DNA from: Chthoniobacterales bacterium
GTDB lineage: Bacteria > Verrucomicrobiota > Verrucomicrobiia > Chthoniobacterales > JACTMZ01
DNA: 38,582 bases
Assembly: GCA_037141375.1 (NCBI GenBank)
Contig: JBAXCT010000001.1
Span: forward strand, 1-38,582
Reading direction: 5' to 3'
Shown here: piece after piece, positions 26,797-32,969 of the stretch
Layout of the letters: every line of letters starts with the position of its first letter
Numbering within the stretch: the first letter of the stretch is position 1
The notes under the pieces: model-generated
The model's database searches: none
What the model was told of the DNA's origin: nothing
What the model saw: the letters and a program-made list of their open reading frames with translations, nothing else
Made by a program: the position numbers and the translations under genes

Positions 26797-28602
26797 ATGC
26801 CCAAGTCCTCCCGCATTGTTGCCGTCAACCTCGGTATGCAGACCGTCACCATGGCGGTCTTTGATGCTCCAGGCGGCGCGCTCCGTCTTTCCTCTTTTGC
26901 GGAGGCTGACCTCGTCCCCGATCCGTCCGCTGACAGCAGCAGAGCGGGTCAAATCAAAATCGCCGTCGCCGAGTTGCGTGCGAAGCTGGGATGGAGTAGT
27001 GGCCCGGCCGGCTGCGCGATACCCTCGCAGGGCGTCTTCGCCCGATTCGTCAAGATTCCCCTTGTCGAGTCCGACAAGGTTGGCCCGATGCTTTACTTCG
27101 AGGCGCAGCAGAATGTTCCCTACCCGATCGAAGAAGTGTCTTGGGGGTACCAAGTGCTGCCAGAAGCGGAATCCGACAAACTTGGCGCGCTGATCATCGC
27201 CACCAAACTCGACCAGTTGGAATCGACTGTTGAGGCTTTGACGGGAGCCGGAGTTTCGCCAGAGCTGATCGACACATCCACCACGGCAATCTATAATGCT
27301 TTGCGCTACAATTACCCAGATCTCCACGGTTGCACTCTGCTGATCGACATAGGTGCGCGCGCCACAAACCTTCTTTTTGTCGAGGGCGATCGGCTGTTTA
27401 TCCGCACTTTGCCGGTCGGTGGAAACTCCATCACAGCGGCTCTGCAGCGCAAATTTGATAGTCATTCGCTCTCCGAGCTTGAACAACTGAAGAAGCAGAA
27501 GGGGTTCATTCCTCAGCCCGGCGACCACCATGGCGAACACAGTGAGGAGGCGGAGGAGATCGGCAAAATTGCGAGGACGGTCATGACGCGCATCCACAAC
27601 GAGATCACCCGTTCCATCACTTTCTATCGGACCAATCAGCTCGGCTCAGGACCTGTGCGTGCGCTTTTGGCCGGAGGAGGAGCATCTCTTCCGTACGCCT
27701 TGGAATTTTTCAATGAAAAGCTCTCTCTCCCTATTGAGTTTTTCAACGCCTTGCGCCGCGTTTCGCTTTCGCCGACCGTCCAGGAATCCGAGATCCGCGG
27801 GGCCGCGCACCGTTTAGGTGAGTGCGTGGGTCTGGCCTCCCGACTTCTCTTAGGCGACGCCGCGCCTCTCCAAATCGAGCTAAAATCCAAAACCCTTGAG
27901 GCCGCAGCGCTCGATCGAAAGCGGCGTCCGTTCTTGGTTGCGGCATCGGTGGTCCTCGTTGGATCGCTCTGCTCGCTTGCCCTTTACTTCAGCCACGCGG
28001 CTGATCGTGCCCAGATCGCGAGCGACCAGATTGACTCACGACTAAACGCCTTGCGCGGGTTCAAGCAGGAACTTGACACTACGGCCAAGCAGCAGTCCGA
28101 TGCTTTGCAAGTTTCTGCAGATTTGGTCGCCGCCCCCATGCTGCGGGTGGCATGGGCTGACCTCATAAGCGAGATCAACAAGGTCATGCCCGAAAAAGAT
28201 ATCTGGGTCACCAAGCTTCGCCCTATGATCGGCGATGCGGTCATCGAGCCCGGAGACAAAGGGAGTTCAGGGGCGCCTGGCGATCCTGCAGGTGGGGATG
28301 CTGCCGAGCGCCGTGGTCAGTCAGGTGCGGCTTCTCCTGCGGTCACCGCCTTGGTCTTGGAAGGTCTGTACTTGGAAGAGGCTGATGGCGGGCCTGCCAT
28401 TGTCGATCGTTTTTGCGAAGCCCTCAGCAAATCTTCGCGATTCGCCATAAAGCCCGACACCATCGCCTCCGGCCGGCGTCTCGGTGATCCTCACGATGAC
28501 CGCCCGCTGCAGGTGCTGCAGGAACGTGCCACGCCGAGCGGAGACGCTTGGGCTTATACCTACAAACTTGTTGTGCCATTAGCCCGCCCCATACCTCTCT
28601 AA
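26797..28602 (+). CDS. PilM-like actin-fold ATPase domain fused to a TM helix and a PilN-like periplasmic domain
   Basis: 601 aa. PilM/FtsA-like blocks are IVAVNLGMQTVTMAVF, LLIDIGARATNLLFVEGDRLFIRTLPVGGNSIT and ALLAGGGASLP. The TM helix is at about res 378-399 (nt 27928-27993). A coiled segment follows, then the PilN-like motif INKVMPEKDIWVTKLRP. Confidence 0.85.
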   Translation: MPKSSRIVAVNLGMQTVTMAVFDAPGGALRLSSFAEADLVPDPSADSSRAGQIKIAVAELRAKLGWSSGPAGCAIPSQGVFARFVKIPLVESDKVGPMLYFEAQQNVPYPIEEVSWGYQVLPEAESDKLGALIIATKLDQLESTVEALTGAGVSPELIDTSTTAIYNALRYNYPDLHGCTLLIDIGARATNLLFVEGDRLFIRTLPVGGNSITAALQRKFDSHSLSELEQLKKQKGFIPQPGDHHGEHSEEAEEIGKIARTVMTRIHNEITRSITFYRTNQLGSGPVRALLAGGGASLPYALEFFNEKLSLPIEFFNALRRVSLSPTVQESEIRGAAHRLGECVGLASRLLLGDAAPLQIELKSKTLEAAALDRKRRPFLVAASVVLVGSLCSLALYFSHAADRAQIASDQIDSRLNALRGFKQELDTTAKQQSDALQVSADLVAAPMLRVAWADLISEINKVMPEKDIWVTKLRPMIGDAVIEPGDKGSSGAPGDPAGGDAAERRGQSGAASPAVTALVLEGLYLEEADGGPAIVDRFCEALSKSSRFAIKPDTIASGRRLGDPHDDRPLQVLQERATPSGDAWAYTYKLVVPLARPIPL

Positions 28603-29487
28603 ATGGACTCGCTCAAAAAAAATCCTTTCCTAGCCGGCTTGATCGTAGCGGTTGCCGTCTCCATCGCGGCGTCGGGATATTGGACCTACTCCGCCTTCAG
28701 CCGCTTTGCCGAGCAGCAACAATCGCTCGACGGCAAGCGAGGCGAAATCGAAAGCTTGCAGGCCAGCAAGCCATTCCCCGACCAAAACAACGTGCAAGCA
28801 GCCAAAGCAGAACTCAAGCGGGCGGAGGAAATACTTGCAGAAAACCGGAAGGCATTCGCTGTCGTTGCGCCATCTATCTCTCCCCAAGCCTTTCAAGATG
28901 ATCTGCGGGGAAAGGTAAGCGACATCATCAAGCGGGCCCAAGCGAACGGCGTTATGCTGGCGCAGTCTTTTTATCTGGGCTTTGAGGTATTCGAAAAACA
29001 ACCGCCCGCCGTCGAGGAAGCTCCGTCGCTTGCCGTGGAACTTGAGTCCATTTATGCGGCGGTTGGCAAGTTGGTCGATGCGAGAGTAAAATCCATTGTT
29101 TTGGTGGCACGCGAAGTCCCGGGGCAAGCGCAGCAGACGCCGGAAGGTCAGACGGAGAAGCCCGCGCACAAAGGGAAAAACCAATCCGAGCAGACAACTT
29201 TTGCCTTGCGCGCTTTCAGCCTTACGTTCACCTCGGACCAAGCTTCGTTCAAAAACGCCTTGAACAGCATCGTGTCTGCCAAGCCACCGATTTTTGTAAG
29301 GTTGGTTGCCATTACGAACTCAACTCTTAGTGGACCACCTAAGAGTGGCGAGGCAGTTGCAACGGAGCAGTCTCCCGCCGCAGAAGCAAGTGCGGAGGAG
29401 GGCAAGATCAAACCGGTTCTCGGCAGGGAACTTCTGACCATCAACCTCCATTTGGCTGCCGCCTCACCCCAAAAAACCGCACAATGA
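28603..29487 (+). CDS. Amuc_1100-like membrane-anchored coiled-coil protein (PilO position)
   Basis: The ATG immediately follows the upstream TAA. It has an N-terminal TM (FLAGLIVAVAVSIAASGYW) and a coiled coil. Blocks SPQAFQDDLR, FYLGFEVF, LAVELESIYAAVGKLV, FSLTFTSDQASFKNALNSI and IKPVLGRELLTINLHL are collinear with my recalled Akkermansia Amuc_1100 sequence. Confidence 0.75.
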   Translation: MDSLKKNPFLAGLIVAVAVSIAASGYWTYSAFSRFAEQQQSLDGKRGEIESLQASKPFPDQNNVQAAKAELKRAEEILAENRKAFAVVAPSISPQAFQDDLRGKVSDIIKRAQANGVMLAQSFYLGFEVFEKQPPAVEEAPSLAVELESIYAAVGKLVDARVKSIVLVAREVPGQAQQTPEGQTEKPAHKGKNQSEQTTFALRAFSLTFTSDQASFKNALNSIVSAKPPIFVRLVAITNSTLSGPPKSGEAVATEQSPAAEASAEEGKIKPVLGRELLTINLHLAAASPQKTAQ

Positions 29488-30518
29488 AAGATCTCAAGCA
29501 AAGATATGAGAAATTGCTGGCCATCGCGGCAGGGCTTGCCGCCCTTGGTGTCACGGCCTACGTCCTGATGGGTGCAGCTGATCTTTCGACGAGCATGCAA
29601 GAACCCCCAGTCGTCGCTAGCGGGGAAGCTTTTGCCCCAAGTGCGGAACTAAAAAGACTGCAGGACGATACCGAATCGATGGGCGGTTCAGTTGGGTGGT
29701 CTGATGGCAAAGCGTCACCCTTTGTCAGCCGCATCTACCTTTTGCGTGAAGGTCGCCTGGTGGACATTTTGGAGAGCGGCAACGACCTTTTCTCAGGAAT
29801 CCCCAATGCTTGGGTATTGGAGAACAGCTTGGACTACACCGATATGAATTTGCCCAAGAGGGATCCCGATCAAGATGGTTTTACCAATCAGGAAGAGTAC
29901 GGTGGAAAAACTAATCCCAACGACAAGTCTTCCACGCCGCCAATTTGGACCAAGCTGCGGATGACCGACAGCAAAATTGAGCAGCTACAGATCCTCTTCA
30001 CCCGTCCGTCGGAAGATGGTGGGGCATGGATCAACTCCACCTCCGGCGGGCAAGACCTAAAAGGCCAGTCAGAGCTCTACACCTTAGGCAGCGATATTTT
30101 CGTGAACGAGTTTCAGCCAGGCCTGACCAAACCGAAAAAGGAACCCACCGTTTACAAGCTTGTGCGCGTCGACAAGTCCGAACAGCCCATCCCTGGGATA
30201 CCCGGAGCGACTAAGGATGTTTATTCTGCCGTCCTCCGCAATAGCGTGGATGATCGCGAGCTTATCCTTGAGCAGGAGAAGCCGCAGACTTCACCCTACT
30301 CCAAGGCAACAATTACGGACACGAGGCCAGGTGGTAAGGCTTGGGAAGGGCGAGCTGGGCAAAAGTTTCCGTTGGAGGGGGCTGGAGATTTCATGTTGGT
30401 CGATGTATCGCCTGACCAAGCCGTAATCAAAAAGGTCGACTCCAGTGAAAAATTGGAGATACCATTTGAACAGCTTACGAGTCTTTCCGAGCAGACGCAG
30501 GAAACGCCTAAGGAATAA
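29484..30518 (+). CDS. membrane-anchored protein of unknown function with a thrombospondin-type-3-like Asp-rich motif (PilP / Amuc_1099 position)
   Basis: ATGA overlap with the upstream gene at 29484-29487. It has an N-terminal TM (LLAIAAGLAALGVTAYVLMGAA), the motif DPDQDGFTNQEEYGGKTNPND (nt 29862-29924), and a beta-rich C-terminal half. Confidence 0.7.
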   Translation: MKDLKQRYEKLLAIAAGLAALGVTAYVLMGAADLSTSMQEPPVVASGEAFAPSAELKRLQDDTESMGGSVGWSDGKASPFVSRIYLLREGRLVDILESGNDLFSGIPNAWVLENSLDYTDMNLPKRDPDQDGFTNQEEYGGKTNPNDKSSTPPIWTKLRMTDSKIEQLQILFTRPSEDGGAWINSTSGGQDLKGQSELYTLGSDIFVNEFQPGLTKPKKEPTVYKLVRVDKSEQPIPGIPGATKDVYSAVLRNSVDDRELILEQEKPQTSPYSKATITDTRPGGKAWEGRAGQKFPLEGAGDFMLVDVSPDQAVIKKVDSSEKLEIPFEQLTSLSEQTQETPKE

Positions 30519-30541
30519 CATCCGCACCTCCCGTCCAGCAT

Positions 30542-32962
30542 ATGCCACGCACCCACTTACGCTCCCTGTTCCTCCTCTCCTTGCTTCTCAGTTGGCAGGG
30601 AAATATCTTTGCCGGTAGCGACAATGGAGCGCCTCTATCTGCGGTGGAAGCCACGGCAGAATTCGAGATTGCCAAACGCCAAACATTGGCCGACGACTAC
30701 GCGCCGCAGGCCGTCCAGAAGGGCACCGCGGCCTTGGCGGAGCGTGACTACGAGACCGCGTACGCCCAGTACAAAGCGGCCGTCGATGCCTTGCCCGACG
30801 CCCCCAGCGTTCGGGAACTAAGAACGGTTGCCTTAGACGGCTTTTCCAAGGCCGTCATGGGGTTGGCCGAGCAGCGAATCGCCGAAGGTCGCTGGGCGGA
30901 TGCCAAGTCGCCCGTTGAGGTCCTGCTCCAGCCACAATACAACCCCAACTACAAGCCCGCCCAGCGCCTGCTCGCGCGCCTCGAGGCGCCAGACTATTTC
31001 AACACAACAGTAACCCCCGGCTTCGTCAGCAAGGTTGAACTGGTCAAAAAATTGCTCGTCGAAGCTCAGGGACTCTACGACTCAGGGCGATATGAAGACG
31101 CGCTCAAAAAATACGAGGAGGTGCTGCAGAATGACAGGTACAACATCGCCGCACGCCGAGGTATGGAGCAGGTCAACCTTTCGCGTATGCGCGTATCCGA
31201 TGCAGCCTACAATGATGCCCGGGCAGGAATGATCACGGATGTTGACAAGGGATGGGAGTTGCCAGTTCGCAGGCGCGATGGGGGGCCTTCCTCCGTGATT
31301 GAGCAGCCTGTCCTCTCAGCAAAGGGGACACGGTCCATCAACCGCAAGCTCGACGAAATCATTATTCCGAGACTCCAATTCACCGATGCCACAGTTCGCG
31401 AGGCGATCGAATATCTCCGCACCCAAACGGTAAAACTGGATACGGGGGCCATCGACGAGGGGGACAAAGGTGTCAACATCGTGCTGAAACTAGACCCATC
31501 GGCAGCCTCCCAGACTATTACGATTGATCTCGCTGGCCTGCCCTTGCGCGAGGCATTGGATTATATAACGCGCTTGGCCAATCTTAAGACCAAGGTGGAA
31601 CCTTACGCCGTGCTCATCGTTCCGATTACAGAGCCCACAGATACCTTGATCACCAAGGAATATCGTGTGCCACCAGGTTTTATCACCGCCCTGCCATCCG
31701 GTGGCGCCGGCCAGGCTCCGACTGACGGCACCACGGTAGCTGTGAGCAAAGCCAAGGAGTTTCTCGAGTCCCAAGGCGTGCAATTCCCTCCCGGTGCCAG
31801 CGCGAATCTCTTGACCAGCAGCAGCCGGCTTATTGTGCGCAACACCCAAGAGAATCTGGACCTTGTAGATGCCCTGGTCGAGAGCTCGGTCAGTGGCACC
31901 CCATCCCAAGTCGAGATCGAATCTAAATTTGTCGAAGTCTCGCAGGATAATCTCAAGGAACTCGGCTTTGACTGGCTGCTGGGTCAGTTCGCTTTTCCTG
32001 GGGGATCGGGTGTTTATGGTGGTGGTGGAACCAGCGGCAACCAATTCAACGCGGCGAGCCCACAATCTGGGCAGACCTATTTTCCCCTCAACTATCCGGG
32101 GACGCAGGTTCCTGTTGGAGTTAATCCCATTACCGGAGGCAACCGCAGCGGAGGAACGGCGATCACCGCAAACGCGCTCGACGGTCTCCTCTTGGGTAGC
32201 CCGGCAGCCGTGCCGACCGCGGGAGTCCTTGCCTTGGCAGGTATATTCACCAATCCGCAGTTTCAAGTGGTCTTGCGCGCCTTAAACCAAAAAAAAGGAA
32301 TCGACGTGCTTTCGGCTCCAAAAGTGACGACAAAAAGCGGATCTTCTGCCAAGGTGGAAATCGTCCGAGAATTTCGTTACCCTCAGGAATACGATCCGCC
32401 GCAAATTCCCCAGACGACTGGCAGCGGAACTCAGCCTGTCACCCCGGCAACCCCGACGTCGTTCCAGATGAAGCCAATCGGGGTGACCCTAGAGGTCGAG
32501 CCTACCGTTGGCTCTGACAACTACACCATCGACCTGCGACTGCTGCCTAACGTGACGGAATTCGAGGGTTTTATAAACTACGGCTCGCCGATCCTAAATC
32601 AAGGTGTTGTCGTGACGCCAAACATCATCAATTACCCCGTTTTTAGCCAACGCAAAGTAGAGACCTCAGTTAGCGTCTATGATGGGGCGACCGTAGCCTT
32701 AGGAGGACTGATTCGAGAGGATGTGCAAAAAGTTACCGATAAAACCCCTCTCTTGGGTGATATCCCCTTGGCTGGCGTGCTCTTTCGCTCGCAGGCCGAC
32801 AAGCATACCAAGCGTAATCTCATGATTTTTGTCACCGCCAAGTTGATGGATCCTGCCGGCCAGCCTTTGGCTAATGCTACAGTCCTAGAAGAAGTGGGTC
32901 AGAGCACGGAGACCGCAGTTCCCGATGTCATGCCCCCTCCGGTCGAACCACCTCTCCCCTGA
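30542..32962 (+). CDS. secretin (type II/III secretion system protein family, PilQ/GspD-like) with N-terminal TPR-like region, copy 1
   Basis: 806 aa. The signal peptide ends at ...NIFA|GS and is followed by a helical-repeat region of about 210 aa. An N0/STN-like domain (IIIPRLQFTDATVREAIEYL...LPLREALDYI) and an N1 domain (LIVRNTQENLDLVDALV) come next. The secretin core contains QVEIESKFVEVSQ, PQFQVVLRALNQKKG, APKVTTKSG, GDIPLAGVLFRS and NLMIFVTAKL. Confidence 0.9.
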   Translation: MPRTHLRSLFLLSLLLSWQGNIFAGSDNGAPLSAVEATAEFEIAKRQTLADDYAPQAVQKGTAALAERDYETAYAQYKAAVDALPDAPSVRELRTVALDGFSKAVMGLAEQRIAEGRWADAKSPVEVLLQPQYNPNYKPAQRLLARLEAPDYFNTTVTPGFVSKVELVKKLLVEAQGLYDSGRYEDALKKYEEVLQNDRYNIAARRGMEQVNLSRMRVSDAAYNDARAGMITDVDKGWELPVRRRDGGPSSVIEQPVLSAKGTRSINRKLDEIIIPRLQFTDATVREAIEYLRTQTVKLDTGAIDEGDKGVNIVLKLDPSAASQTITIDLAGLPLREALDYITRLANLKTKVEPYAVLIVPITEPTDTLITKEYRVPPGFITALPSGGAGQAPTDGTTVAVSKAKEFLESQGVQFPPGASANLLTSSSRLIVRNTQENLDLVDALVESSVSGTPSQVEIESKFVEVSQDNLKELGFDWLLGQFAFPGGSGVYGGGGTSGNQFNAASPQSGQTYFPLNYPGTQVPVGVNPITGGNRSGGTAITANALDGLLLGSPAAVPTAGVLALAGIFTNPQFQVVLRALNQKKGIDVLSAPKVTTKSGSSAKVEIVREFRYPQEYDPPQIPQTTGSGTQPVTPATPTSFQMKPIGVTLEVEPTVGSDNYTIDLRLLPNVTEFEGFINYGSPILNQGVVVTPNIINYPVFSQRKVETSVSVYDGATVALGGLIREDVQKVTDKTPLLGDIPLAGVLFRSQADKHTKRNLMIFVTAKLMDPAGQPLANATVLEEVGQSTETAVPDVMPPPVEPPLP

Positions 32963-32969
32963 CACCTCC

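Noticed and set aside
26527-27597. Minus-strand ORF of 356 aa inside the cluster
   Set aside because: It is antisense to the end of 26149..26766 and the PilM-like domain, whose actin-fold motifs are clear on the + strand.
28615-28622. A8 tract at codons 5-7 of the Amuc_1100-like gene, and similar A8 at 32289-32296 (secretin 1), A7 at 4737-4743 (minus) and T7 at 26535-26541, considered as possible slipped-strand phase-variation switches
   Set aside because: The tracts are 8 nt or shorter and simply encode Lys-Lys(-Asn) in signal or anchor regions or the conserved NQKKG motif. An equally long T8 sits in housekeeping trpD (23447-23454). Nothing indicates hypermutable contingency loci.
31490-32266. 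Minus-strand ORF of 258 aa (and similar ORFs at 33999..34390 and 34686..35012)
   Set aside because: These are antisense to the secretin genes. The + strand frames carry canonical secretin motifs.
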